Below, one piece after another: positions 20,577-31,372 of a stretch of 64,000 nt of DNA. Origin of the DNA: Paramoeba atlantica (Eukaryota; Protista; Discosea); assembly GCA_977017575.1 (NCBI GenBank), contig CDRNVI010000071.1, forward strand, positions 248,001 to 312,000. The letters are read 5' to 3'. Made by a program: the position numbers and the translations under genes. Under the pieces are notes generated by a model. It worked only from the letters and a program-made list of their open reading frames with translations. It ran no database searches and was not told the origin of the DNA. Numbering within the stretch: position 1 is the stretch's first letter; the number at the start of each line of letters is the position of its first letter.

Positions 20577-20739
20577 TACTAAAACAATCAAAAAAAAATT
20601 ATTTGCTCAAAATCGCAAAAAAAAACAAATTGGGAATAATTTTTTTTTCAGATTTTTTTTCTCGAAAACGTGGCCAGTTGGCCACCAAAAGCACGGTTTG
20701 CATTTTGTATATGTATAGAGAGAAAAATAATGAGCAGGT

Positions 20740-21300
20740 CCGAGTGGTAGTGTGCAGCTACAGTGCCCGTGAGAGAGTAAGTGTACTGCCACGTGAGGCA
20801 GTGGTTGCACAGTGATGCAGTGCAAGTACAGTGGAACGTGCGAGAGTAAGTGCACTGCCACTGTAAGTACAGTGGTACGTGAAAGAGTAAGTGCCACGTG
20901 CCGAGGAGGCGACACCCCGCCTGTGGGGTTTATACCTGTAACATCATCATCATCAAGTGCCACGTGCATACGTGTACACGTGGCACTTACTCTTTCGTGG
21001 CAGTGGTGTACTGCCACGCGGGGCAGTGACTGCAGTGATGCAGTGCAGCTGCATCACGTACGTGAAAGAGTAAGTCTACTGCCACGTGAGGCAGTGAACG
21101 CAGTGTAGATGCAGTGGCGCGTGAGAGAGTCAGTGGCTGCAGTGTAGCTGCAGTGGCACGTGAGAGAGTAAGTGTACTGCCACGTGAGGCAGTGACTGTA
21201 TTGATGCAGTGTGTAGCTAGAGTGGAGCGCGGGTGCAGGTGGACTGCACATGAAACACCCACATGAGAGACCGTGCGCCACCAGTGGCTGCACTGGTGTT
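20740..21300. repeat. Degenerate minisatellite rich in CAGTG, CACGTG and GAGAGTAAGTG
   Basis: Recurrent CAGTGGCACGTGAGAGAGTAAGTGTACTGCCACGTGAGGCAGTG-like units, with a short inverted patch near 20950-21000. Confidence 0.75.
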
Positions 21301-21326
21301 CCTTTTGGAGAGTGTTGTTACAGATC

Positions 21327-21420
21327 GCCATGTTGTGGAAGGGTGGTCAGCTGGCCATCTCGTGGAAGAGTGGCCGACTGGCCATGTTGTGGAAGAGTGG
21401 CCAGCTGGCCATGTTGTGAA
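21327..21420. repeat. 27-bp tandem repeat, about 3.5 copies
   Basis: Unit approximately GCCATGTTGTGGAAGAGTGGCCAGCTG. Confidence 0.8.
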
Positions 21421-21462
21421 GAAATCAACCGGGTCTGCACCGCCTCGAAGGGCCCGCCGTAT

Positions 21463-21668
21463 AACCCAGATTGAAAGGGGCGATGGAGATACGAAGCAAC
21501 AGTCGTGGCAGATTCCCACTGAAAAAAAATGGTATCTCCCCGCACGAGAAACGCCTTAGCGCTTGCTGGCTCGGAGACAAACTTGGTGCGGGGAGATACC
21601 ATTTCTTTTCAGTGGGAATCTGCCACGCCTGTTGCTTCGTATCTCCCTCGCCCCTTTCAATCTGGGTT
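21463..21668. repeat. GGAGATAC foldback palindrome, copy 1
   Basis: Arms of about 80 bp: AACCCAGATTGAAAGGGGCGATGGAGATAC...GGTATCTCCCGCAC / GTGCGGGAGATACC...GTATCTCCCTCGCCCCTTTCAATCTGGGTT. Confidence 0.85.
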
Positions 21669-21868
21669 CGATTATTGTTAGCAAAAAATGGAAATTAATG
21701 AAGGGGGGAGTATAATTTAAACGCATATTAAGAAAAAATAGTCTCCCGATGTGCTGTAAATAGGGGGAACGTGAAGATCTCAAAATTTTGAACTTTAAAG
21801 CGGCGACGGTAAGGCTAAGAGTAACGCACGAATTCTTTTCCTCAATCCATAGGCACCAACCATCTTTC

Positions 21869-23683
21869 TCATTCCATATCTGCAAACAAATCGTACATAT
21901 CACTCTGGTACACACCCGGAGAAAAGTCACCCCCTATACCGAACGACCCGCCGCATGATCCCCCCACAAACTGACAATAAATTTGCAGTAACGAATCCAG
22001 CACCTTGGATCGTATCTGGTCCCGTGCCTCACGGTACCGCTGCAGGTGATCCTCCGGACTTTCCATCGGCTGTCGTTTCAACAACTCCGGGATACCCCCA
22101 TACACCTCCCGCATCACTCTCTTCGCGGAGGTCTCCGTACCCCTTCCAGTGCCAACATTAAATACCGCAAACGCCTCGTTCTGTTCCTGACGAAGCGTTA
22201 AATCCTCCACCTCGGAAGCTACCAGGGGGGAGAACACGGCAGGCGGGGTCGCGAGCACCGAAGGGGGACTCCAGACTTTACCCCTCCCCCCCCCTCCTTC
22301 TCTCTCCCCTACACTCCGTGGGGTCGTACTCGACCCGGAGTGCAGCACGTCACGTATCCCGTGGGCGGGGCCGGGGCGGGCGGCCAGGGTTGCGTGGGTC
22401 CGGGACCCCGGAGTCAACCCACTGGCAGGTTGACGTGTTTTACTACGTTTGTTACGTACCGCTGAGTTGTAGAAGTTGTTGTTGGAGTTGTAGGCTCCGG
22501 TGTCACTGGAGGTTTCCGTAACCGTGTGACCCCGGGGGAGGGGGAGCTCATCGTTTTCCGATGACTGTGGGGAGACACTGGGGTAGGGTACACCCCAGGG
22601 AGAGCTGTAGCACGGGTCACTACGGGTTCTCCAGAACGTGCTCTGGGTGTTCACCGTGAGTCCGGTACGGGTGCGGTTGAGATACTCAAAGTGTTTCAAG
22701 GCACCGTTCTGGCCGTAGCAGTGTAGTGGACGCCAGGGGAGAAAATTCTTCACGCTGGCATAGGACAGCCACATGGGTTCCCCGTTGTAGTCGTCCTGGA
22801 AGGTACGTCGGTTCAGTGCCTCCGGGAGCTTGAGTTTTTCTTTGACTTGTTTGCGCACCAGTCGTGGGGTAACGGGGAGGGTGCGCTCGCGGTAGCTTCG
22901 GTGGCGGGCCGGGATGTGCGCCCAGGCGGCACAATAGTAGAGCTTCGGAGTGGGCATAGCCCAGTGTGCGGCAAGAGACCTTGACAACCAGTCCGCGTCC
23001 GATGCAAGGGAGGTGTAATCTAGCGACGAAGGTGATGACAGGGGAGGGTGATAAAGGGCTGGAGTTTTTTCGATGCTGGAGATGTCGCGTGGGGAGGATG
23101 GAAGGAACGCGGATAGGGGTGTTTCAGAGAGAGGTGAGCAAGCCAACATTTTAGAGGTACACGCAGGACTGTCTGTACGTACGCTCTTTAAAGTTAAAGA
23201 GTTGTTGTGGAACGAAAATATTTTCCGTGGTGCGCGGAGCATTTCAACTTTTTGTGCGAAACTTTCGCTATTCGAACAATCAGTAGAGTAAGGCGCCGAT
23301 TCAGAAATATTTTCAGAGGAGTATTCTTCAAAGCTGATAACGTAGTCAAAACGCTGACCGTTTTGAAAGAGGGTGCGGTTACTCTTGCTCATAAGAGAGG
23401 AATGTATGCCAACCTCTTCTAAGACAGTACGGGTGTTTGACTGCGGCCCGATTGTGTGGTGAATTCCGGCACTTGCAACCCAAAGTGGGGAGCTCGCTAG
23501 CAGTTTCTTGTCGATCTGATTGGAAACGTACGCTTCTTTCTGTAGAAGAAGACTGTCTGCATTGTGATCCACGTTTTTTGCAAAGGATGGATCTGAGAAT
23601 CTTTCCCAATAGTGACGAATAAATGCCTCCGTAATTAGTGTTCTGGCCGTGTTTGTTCGACCCAGTACTGCGACAGCTATCAT
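21869..23683 (-). CDS. Protein with N-terminal catalytically dead LMW-PTP/ArsC-like domain and unknown C-terminal region
   Basis: VLGRTNTARTLITEA...WVASAG...VLEEVGI...FDYVISF follows the LMW-PTP/ArsC fold, but the C(X)5R cysteine is replaced by Gly. Confidence 0.7.
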   Translation of the reverse strand: MIAVAVLGRTNTARTLITEAFIRHYWERFSDPSFAKNVDHNADSLLLQKEAYVSNQIDKKLLASSPLWVASAGIHHTIGPQSNTRTVLEEVGIHSSLMSKSNRTLFQNGQRFDYVISFEEYSSENISESAPYSTDCSNSESFAQKVEMLRAPRKIFSFHNNSLTLKSVRTDSPACTSKMLACSPLSETPLSAFLPSSPRDISSIEKTPALYHPPLSSPSSLDYTSLASDADWLSRSLAAHWAMPTPKLYYCAAWAHIPARHRSYRERTLPVTPRLVRKQVKEKLKLPEALNRRTFQDDYNGEPMWLSYASVKNFLPWRPLHCYGQNGALKHFEYLNRTRTGLTVNTQSTFWRTRSDPCYSSPWGVPYPSVSPQSSENDELPLPRGHTVTETSSDTGAYNSNNNFYNSAVRNKRSKTRQPASGLTPGSRTHATLAARPGPAHGIRDVLHSGSSTTPRSVGEREGGGGRGKVWSPPSVLATPPAVFSPLVASEVEDLTLRQEQNEAFAVFNVGTGRGTETSAKRVMREVYGGIPELLKRQPMESPEDHLQRYREARDQIRSKVLDSLLQIYCQFVGGSCGGSFGIGGDFSPGVYQSDMYDLFADME

Positions 23684-24130
23684 CAATCTACAAAATTAAG
23701 AACAGAAATATAAGCCCGACGTTACTTGTTAATGTAGCAGCGGGGATATCATAGCGCATGTATCCAAATTTACTTTCTTGGGTTATAAATTACGAGTTGT
23801 AATTTAATAATTAAGTACTTTATGTTACAATTAAGTACTTTATGTACTTTAATAATTTACAAGTACTCTCTAAATTCGTGTATACGTGGAACATTGTAGC
23901 ATAGCTACAATAAAAGTACATTCCGTTGCATTACATTTGTTTAACGATAATGTAATCGTGTTGATAAATAAACATCAGTCTATGAATATACTATTAGAAC
24001 TATACATTATGCTTTTATATTAAAACTTCTGAACACCACTGAGATTTTTCGTACCTTATTATTACGTAAAGCGTTTTTTTGCGGTGAAACTCCATGTTCA
24101 AATCTTCTTGCCCAGGATACGGTGGTTGTT

Positions 24131-27100
24131 TTAATAAACTAGAGTTCCTTGTTCCTCGGGAAAGCTATTAATCTTTAGCGAAGTAAGTTTAGCCCGTAGC
24201 ATAACGAACCCATCAATCAGACTAAATAGCTTGGTATTCTCATGCAATGAAGAATGTTCCGTCGCATCAAAATGCTCTAGAAACGGCCATTCCTCTACTT
24301 GAGATTGACTGTTAGTAAGAATTTCAGGGTAGTCAAACACCAGAACTTTCCCCAGTGTACTTATCACATAAACGAATAGTGAATTCAGAGTATCGAATTC
24401 ATCTATTGGAATCGTACGAATCAGGTTAACTAGCTGTAGACATTGTTCAAGACGCGCCTTAGGAATGTGATTTTCATATTCCTCTTCGGCGGCATACATT
24501 TGTCTTAAAATGGAACACCATCGATCGATTGGGAGAAGCAGGTGATACATCTCACCAAAATCTGAGCTACTCAAAATAGAAAATCGAGAATTGGACAGTT
24601 CATTGACTTCTGCACCAGTCATGGTTGAAAACTCTTCGAAAGAACCGTCCCCGAAAGGCTCTGAAATAGTTTGTTTTGTGAGTTCATGAAGAGGCAATGT
24701 ATGATGCTCCTTCAAAAGGAATTCTACCTTTGATTCGGTAGTTTCCACCGTGAAGTCTAGATCTCCAACAAGCTTCAATAAAAATTCAGTTGCTTCGTCT
24801 CGATCAATGTTGTTTTCCGTGTATTCAGAAGTGATGTTGTTGTGTAAAATATCATTCTCATTCAAGCATTGTACCGCTGAGGATTCGCTGTATATGCCGC
24901 TATCCTTCGTCGCCCCACCCAAAAATTGGGCGAATCGCTCAAGTGCAAATTGCGCAAGGCGAAGCCATAATAATACGGGCAACAGGAAGAGTAGCCTTCC
25001 AATTCTTTCATCTTTGGGATTGTTGAAAGGTGTTTTCGTCAACTCATCCAAGCTCACTACTTGTGGCAATTGCCTCAACACGGACTCGACGTGACACACT
25101 AAAAATTCCTTTAGATTATCAAGAACGACTTGTGGAGGAGAAGCCACCGCTGATGTAGAAAATTCTTCAATACTGCCGATACGGGTGAACGAAAGACCGT
25201 CATCTCCACTTTCTGTCGTCAGTTCAGGAATAGGTGAGTGTATCTCGTTATTGAAATCTGTGCCAACCATCGATCGATCATCTACCAAGTTCTCTGTGCG
25301 CTCAGTACCTACAGGATCCGTGTCGTCTTCACTGTCAGAAAGCTCTAGCGAGAGTGCGGAACACATTGTCTGTGCCAAGGGATCAAAATCTTCATTTCTG
25401 AATTTATGAGTTAAGTTCGTCGATCTTTCGTGGTTCGAATTCGCTTGATTTTTGTAGCAATGAAACCACTCATGAAGAGGACGAATCAGAGAAAGCAGCT
25501 CTGGATCAAGCGGATTATCAGTACTTTGGTTTCCTAAAGTACTTTTACTTATATTCGTGTTCGTATATGCAGAGGTTAAAGTGTCAAAGCATTGTGTGTT
25601 GAATGTAGAAGTTTTGTCCTTCTTACTTTCTTCGAAATGGCTGTCGCCCCACTGAGTCCCAACCGTAATTGCGGCTTTAGGTAATTGTTCTACATTTTGA
25701 TTTCGGTCATATATAGTCAACAAATCTTCCTTTGTGTCTGTCTGAATTGAAACATCTTGACTATTGGTACACACCTGAAGTTGCATAGATGAGGTCTCAA
25801 AGCTCTTTTTGCAAAATGATGCCTTTACCAGTTCGTATAACGTTTGAGCTGTTAGCGCTGCTTCGGAAGTTGAAAAAGAATCTGGTGGTAACGGGAGACA
25901 CTGAAAGTTATCATGGTCACAATGATTATCTTCGACAAAATTTTGAATTTCACTTTGTTTAGATCTGGAGTCAAGAAGGTCTCGCAATATTTGACTGTAT
26001 TCATGAAGAATCAGCATATCCAGGAGAGCAACTTTATCCGCCGTCGAATTAGTGTTCTGTAGGAGTGTACTGTCTTTGTGCTTGGTAATAAGTTCTGTAT
26101 TTGAAGACGATTGCCTTGACATTGGAATAATTTTGGCTGTAGAATGTGTGCTGAGAAACAAATCTAGCTTGTCCTCGATCCGACTAAGGCACTCAACACA
26201 ACCATCTTGCATGAGCGATATATCGCTAACTGGTTTCACAGTGGATAAAGCTCCTTCATGATTCACAGATGCTGTGAAAGATTCATCAACGTCTATTACG
26301 CTCCTAGATACCGAAGTTTCATCACAAGACCTTGTTTCAACTGTAGTCGATTCTATTTTAACAGGTGAATGACTTTTATCTTCAGTTTCCTTCGCACTAT
26401 TTAGATCCAATTTGTGCATCAAAAGAAACGTCTGAACGTTTTCACCATGTAAAAACGAATCAGTTACCTCGGAATTAGTCGTGCTATTCATCTCAACGAT
26501 TTCATTCTCGCTTGCAAACAAAAGTTTAGAAAATTTAGAAGAATTTTGAGCTTCAATAACGGACGAATCAGGAAGAGGAATGAGTTGGATTGATTCAAAA
26601 CTTGGTGGAGGAGGAATCAAGGCTCGAAGTGAAGATGACGCACTATGCCTTTGTTCAGCAACCTTTAAAGATGGTTGCACTACGCAAGCAAATGTCGTAG
26701 AATCTTGTTTTACTGAAGCGTGTGATGACATACTATCAAGACCTGACAATGCCGTGGCTTCCTTGGAATGCTTTTCATTGACCGGTGCTGGATTAGGAGA
26801 ATGGTCGGTAGAGTTGGTAGTTTTAGAGTCTTCATGTTCTTTCAAGGACGATGCACACTGCTCTTGCTGTGGTTTTTCGTGGTAAATATGATCTTTCAGA
26901 AAACTATGGCTGTCTACAGCTTCACCCGGAAGCGACATGATTTGAAAACGTGTCAAGTGCGCCGATGCTTGGCTTAGTCCAACGAGATGTAATGCGCAGT
27001 CCCCCACGGAGAGAACATCACGATATGGCTTCACAGTGGCAACTACTGTAGCATCAAATATTTCAGGACTATTCGTTACAAAAATAACGCATGAACCATT

Positions 27101-28219
27101 TGGGCACATCTGTCCGCTAGATAGTATTGAACGTTCCTTTGATCTTGATGTAATCGAAGGCGACAGTATAAGAAAAACACCTTGAGAATTCCCGCATATT
27201 TTTTCTGATCCGTACCCCGGCCAACGATCAAGTAGCTCACCATGAGTGGCGTCCCAACAATAGGTTGTTTCCTGAGTGCTACTCCAAAACCGTCGAGTTT
27301 TTGCCTCGAAATACATAGCCACAGTACGAGGAGCATATCCAGGGGCGGAAATCACGCGACACAATTGTCCTTCGGCACCCCAGGCCATCAGACTTCCATC
27401 ATGTCCTGCTGACCAGACTTGTTGTTCGGTAGAAACGTAATGCAGAAGTTCCGGTTCAAATCGAGTCTCAATTTTACGAAAGCATTTGCGAAATTTCGTA
27501 TCCCAGAGACGAAGTGTGCGATCCCTTCCTCCAGTCCAAACGTGCAACGATCTCCCCTTTACATGCCCTTGACCACGAAAAGAATAATTAGCAGAGGTAA
27601 TGGCTGAGACTGCAAAGCGATGAGCGTTGCACGACTCGATAAGTGCACAATTTTGTGCCCCCCAAACAGTAACGGACCCACTGCGCATTCCGCACCATAT
27701 TTCAGATGAACGCTCTTTTCCCGTGTCTTCTGTGTATAGAGAAGTTCCCGTTGCATGTTCTTTGTAGCATACAATGCAAGCAACCAGAACGACATCCTTC
27801 AGACGAGGAAGAGCATTGTGATCAACCTTTGGTGCTGCGTGGTGTGGTAATTTCATAATTTCTTCTGTTTGATTTACGGAAAAGCATTGCAACTTACCAT
27901 TCCGACCGGTTGCCCAGAAACAATTAAGGGAACTACAGAGGAGAGTAGTGACGTCTGACCCAGCGGAAATAGGACAAGAACAGATCTCGGAGACAGGAGT
28001 CACTGGTTCTTCTGTTGCACCTATACTACGCAAAACTCTTTTATCCCCATGTTTCAGTTGTGCGTTGTCATTCAAGCCAACAAAAGTTTTTTTTGAGTGG
28101 GGTATGCCGTCAGTGAAAGAATTTTCGTCCTTGACTGTTGATTCATTCATCACACTATTAGGACCGAGTCCCCACCCACCACCAGTACATACACCATCAA
28201 GAGGAAGTGAAGGAATCAT
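24131..28219 (-). CDS. Large WD40-repeat protein
   Basis: IWCGMRSGSVTVW, VWTGGRDRTLRLWD and VWSAGHDGSLMAW repeats followed by a long Ser/Thr/Glu-rich region. The ORF track starts at GTG 28264. Confidence 0.85.
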   Translation of the reverse strand: MIPSLPLDGVCTGGGWGLGPNSVMNESTVKDENSFTDGIPHSKKTFVGLNDNAQLKHGDKRVLRSIGATEEPVTPVSEICSCPISAGSDVTTLLCSSLNCFWATGRNGKLQCFSVNQTEEIMKLPHHAAPKVDHNALPRLKDVVLVACIVCYKEHATGTSLYTEDTGKERSSEIWCGMRSGSVTVWGAQNCALIESCNAHRFAVSAITSANYSFRGQGHVKGRSLHVWTGGRDRTLRLWDTKFRKCFRKIETRFEPELLHYVSTEQQVWSAGHDGSLMAWGAEGQLCRVISAPGYAPRTVAMYFEAKTRRFWSSTQETTYCWDATHGELLDRWPGYGSEKICGNSQGVFLILSPSITSRSKERSILSSGQMCPNGSCVIFVTNSPEIFDATVVATVKPYRDVLSVGDCALHLVGLSQASAHLTRFQIMSLPGEAVDSHSFLKDHIYHEKPQQEQCASSLKEHEDSKTTNSTDHSPNPAPVNEKHSKEATALSGLDSMSSHASVKQDSTTFACVVQPSLKVAEQRHSASSSLRALIPPPPSFESIQLIPLPDSSVIEAQNSSKFSKLLFASENEIVEMNSTTNSEVTDSFLHGENVQTFLLMHKLDLNSAKETEDKSHSPVKIESTTVETRSCDETSVSRSVIDVDESFTASVNHEGALSTVKPVSDISLMQDGCVECLSRIEDKLDLFLSTHSTAKIIPMSRQSSSNTELITKHKDSTLLQNTNSTADKVALLDMLILHEYSQILRDLLDSRSKQSEIQNFVEDNHCDHDNFQCLPLPPDSFSTSEAALTAQTLYELVKASFCKKSFETSSMQLQVCTNSQDVSIQTDTKEDLLTIYDRNQNVEQLPKAAITVGTQWGDSHFEESKKDKTSTFNTQCFDTLTSAYTNTNISKSTLGNQSTDNPLDPELLSLIRPLHEWFHCYKNQANSNHERSTNLTHKFRNEDFDPLAQTMCSALSLELSDSEDDTDPVGTERTENLVDDRSMVGTDFNNEIHSPIPELTTESGDDGLSFTRIGSIEEFSTSAVASPPQVVLDNLKEFLVCHVESVLRQLPQVVSLDELTKTPFNNPKDERIGRLLFLLPVLLWLRLAQFALERFAQFLGGATKDSGIYSESSAVQCLNENDILHNNITSEYTENNIDRDEATEFLLKLVGDLDFTVETTESKVEFLLKEHHTLPLHELTKQTISEPFGDGSFEEFSTMTGAEVNELSNSRFSILSSSDFGEMYHLLLPIDRWCSILRQMYAAEEEYENHIPKARLEQCLQLVNLIRTIPIDEFDTLNSLFVYVISTLGKVLVFDYPEILTNSQSQVEEWPFLEHFDATEHSSLHENTKLFSLIDGFVMLRAKLTSLKINSFPEEQGTLVY

Positions 28220-28599
28220 CGATGCAAGGCTTCGACGTGGTTCACAAGGAATAGAGAATTTCACGCAGACTCAAAAAGAGGTATTTCCGTCCGTTTATTG
28301 ACATAAAACGTAGTTCCAAAATAATAAAGATTTATTTTCTGAGTTAAAAAATGATACTTACAAGAATACAATTAGCACCAATAAGGAACAGAAGCTTTAC
28401 AAAACATAAAGTGTATTTGACTGCCGAAGACGATATCTTGACATTCTTTCGTAGTATGTATAAAAAAGTGATTCTATAAATCAGTAGAGCACAAATTTAT
28501 CAGCCGAAGGTGTGCTCTGATGATTTCCTTAAAATCCTTCTTCAGTGCATCATAAGCTTCACATTACTACTCCCTTTCATGTCGCCATGGTAGCTGCTT

Positions 28600-28955
28600 C
28601 GTCAAAAAGAGGTGGCTGTTGGTAAACTGGGCTTCGTAAATTTCTTCCCACTAACGACGTCGCGTATGGCTCAGGCCCGCTCACGCGGACCCTCGCCATA
28701 CCACCACCTCCGGCTTTGCATATTGCTTCCCACTAAGGACGCCTTTTATGCAAAATTACGGGCACCGGGTTCGAACCAGCGACCAACGCAAGTACTAATG
28801 TGTGGTATGTTCCACTGGACCAATCCGTCCAGATATCGTGGAGCCATGCTTCTCGGCTCCTTCCTATGCAGCCATACGAATTTTTTTTTAGTGGGAATCG
28901 AACCCAACCACTTTAGATAGAGTCACTGGGCCTAACGACTAGGCTAATCACACCC
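28600..28955 (-). ncRNA. Cluster of Pol III-like sequences: tRNA-like unit, 5S-like or tRNA-like unit, and GNRA hairpin
   Basis: 28890-28955 has TAGCCTAGTCG and GGGTTCGATTCCC boxes. 28755-28878 has TTAGTACTTG and GAACCCGGTGCCCGTA, reminiscent of the 5S 3' half. About 28665-28705 is TATGGC..GGTCCGC-GTGA-GCGGGCC..GCCATA. Confidence 0.35.
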
Positions 28956-29587
28956 CATGGCCAAAATGAAGGATTCCTAGCATGCCCTTTATCGACCATA
29001 CCCCCTTTTTTTAAGAATTTCTCACCTGCCTCACCTCACCCTGCACACAATAGAAAAGAAAGAGGCAGAGTAAACTTTAGCCTCCCATTTAAGAAGCCAC
29101 CTCGTTTTCCGTGAAAAGTGCGCTTAAATGGAGGGGCTTAAATATTCAAAAGAAAGGGCAACCTCTATTTTTTTGTTGAAGAAACGTAAGAACTACCGAA
29201 AAAGAGTTTTTTTTGGTGCACATGAACCTTTGTAAATTCATAAAAACGAGAAAATTTCTCGCCGCCCGAACTTATAAAAAGTTATGAAAGTGGGAGTACT
29301 TCTAATTGCGGTGGTCGTATGTCTACAGCTCTACCCTCGATTACTGGAAAAAAGTGTAGTAAGCTGATTGCTATTCCGCAATACAATGGGAGTCTGAACT
29401 TCCAACCTTAATTTCGGTATCAAACCAATTAATGCACACCAATTAATGCACACTTTTTGAAAAAAAAACAAGACCAAGAGGAATGTACATGTAATTACTC
29501 GGCGATATTCCCAAAGAGGCATTACCAAGTAATTGATTCTATGACCATGAAGAAAGCAATTTTTGAAACACAAATAAGATATATTTC

Positions 29588-30124
29588 TCATACTTCGATA
29601 TTTGTTTTCTTTCCGGGAGTGATACGCATCTTTAATGCAGGCTTTTTCTTTACCACGTCAGTCACTGCGGCGCGAATTGTCTCTTCTGCTAGCATGGAGC
29701 AGTGCAATTTCACGGGAGGCAGAGACAACTCAGCGGCAATCTCCCTGTTCGTGATTGACAGGGCATCCTCAATTTTCATTCCAATAATTTTTTCTGTAGC
29801 CAGCGAGCTTGAGGCCATGGCGGAACCGCACCCAAATGTTTTAAATGTAGCATTAGTAATGGTCCCATCGTCATCTACCTTGACTTGCATTTGCATCAAA
29901 TCCCCACATTCGGGGGCTCCGCATAGACCTGTGCCCACGTCCGGTGAAGATTTGTCCATGTTGCCAACGTTGCGCGGGTGAGCATAGTGATCTATAACCT
30001 TTTCACTGTACTTCGTTCGTGTGGGGGTAATATACAGTCGACGATGTATGGCAGCGGACGCGGAAACAGAAAACCGAAACGAGCGCCTAGCGGCGAGAGA
30101 GAACTGCCCTACGCAACGTCTCAT
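29588..30124 (-). CDS. ISCU: Mitochondrial Fe-S cluster scaffold protein IscU/Isu1
   Basis: HPRNVG, GAPECGD, FKTFGCGSA and LPPVKLHCSMLAE motifs; Arg-rich presequence. Confidence 0.97.
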   Translation of the reverse strand: MRRCVGQFSLAARRSFRFSVSASAAIHRRLYITPTRTKYSEKVIDHYAHPRNVGNMDKSSPDVGTGLCGAPECGDLMQMQVKVDDDGTITNATFKTFGCGSAMASSSLATEKIIGMKIEDALSITNREIAAELSLPPVKLHCSMLAEETIRAAVTDVVKKKPALKMRITPGKKTNIEV

Positions 30125-30319
30125 AAAAACTTAAATAAAGCAAATGATCTACGTGTATTATGGTTCAATAGAAAACGTTGTATTTACGACCTGTATATCC
30201 AGTACGTAATAACCAAAGAATTTCCAGATTCCAAATGAGATACTCGTTCTCGACACAATCAACGCCTCAAGCAGGAGCCGAAAACTATACAATAACACAA
30301 CACACGCAAGAAAGAACTA

Positions 30320-31372
30320 CTAAAACGGGCGGTGAAAACTGTACATCATACCCTGGCCCGTAAGCCACGTGTTTTTCATCCTTAAATCCTGGACGTGGGC
30401 GACGTAATCCCGGCTGTCGGCGTATCGTGGCATCAGTCCCTCTGTCACCCAATACCTCGGGGCCCTGTCAGAGGTGAGATCGGGTCGCTGACCGGAGCCC
30501 TGGCAGTCGATCGTGAGCCCTTCATCCAGCACCGACATCTCTGAGATAACCTCGTGGGTACGAAGGGCACGAAAAGAGTTGGGGGGAATTTGTGGCACCG
30601 CCACCCCGGCTGGGGGTGTGAGATTGTAAGGGGGAATAAAAGGCATCACCTTACCCGGAGGGGTAGGCGGCACGGCACGGGACACGGAGTCTGGGGCGCG
30701 AGAGGCGCTGTCTCGGTGTTCACGCCGGAGATTACGCATCGCACGCTCCACCTCACGACGGAACTCGTCCGCCTCGAATCCATAGACCCCGCGGGTGGGG
30801 GCACCGCGACGGAGCGCGGCGTGCATGTCCAGAATCACGTGGTGAGGTTCGCGACCCATAAACGCACGACGGAAGATATCCGCTGAGCGGCGGGTAGAGA
30901 CCCGCGAGGGGCGGGGGGAAGAGGGAGTCTCGGCGCCGAATGAGACTCCTGGGGAGGTCCCCGTGGGACTCTGCTTGCGATAGTATACGTGAAAGGCCTT
31001 GTATACGTTATATCGGTGCCAGATTGACTCCTCGCTGACGGTTGAGTCGTGTGACGGATCAGGTGTGGAGGCCGTAGTGGTCGGGGGAGGCGCGAAACGC
31101 TGTCGAGCCTTATTGTATCGCGACCTCTCCCGTGTATTTCGAAGACACTGATAGGCCTCTGTGACGGCACGAAAACAACGTTCCGAATCCTCTTTTTCTG
31201 ATGGGGAGGCAAGGTCAGGGTGACTCTGAAGCGCAATGCGGCGGTAGGCCACTTTGATTTCCTCTCCAGTGGCCTCCGGTTTCACTCCAAGTCGGTCATA
31301 GTAGTCTGTCATGTTGTACAGAGCTAGATGCGAGGCGTCAGCCGTGCGAAGACCTCGGGAAGCAAAAAGCAT
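30320..31372 (-). CDS. J-domain (DnaJ type C) protein
   Basis: DYYDRLGV...IKVAYRRIALQSHPD...FRAVTEAYQCL; HPD motif intact. Confidence 0.9.
   Translation of the reverse strand: MLFASRGLRTADASHLALYNMTDYYDRLGVKPEATGEEIKVAYRRIALQSHPDLASPSEKEDSERCFRAVTEAYQCLRNTRERSRYNKARQRFAPPPTTTASTPDPSHDSTVSEESIWHRYNVYKAFHVYYRKQSPTGTSPGVSFGAETPSSPRPSRVSTRRSADIFRRAFMGREPHHVILDMHAALRRGAPTRGVYGFEADEFRREVERAMRNLRREHRDSASRAPDSVSRAVPPTPPGKVMPFIPPYNLTPPAGVAVPQIPPNSFRALRTHEVISEMSVLDEGLTIDCQGSGQRPDLTSDRAPRYWVTEGLMPRYADSRDYVAHVQDLRMKNTWLTGQGMMYSFHRPF

Noticed and set aside
21327-21420. Possible CRISPR array
   Set aside because: Contiguous 27-bp tandem units with no unique spacers, in a eukaryotic context with no cas genes.
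28660-28710. GAGCCATACGCG plus a GNRA hairpin, resembling group II intron domain V
   Set aside because: The complementary 3' half of domain V and the remaining domains are absent.
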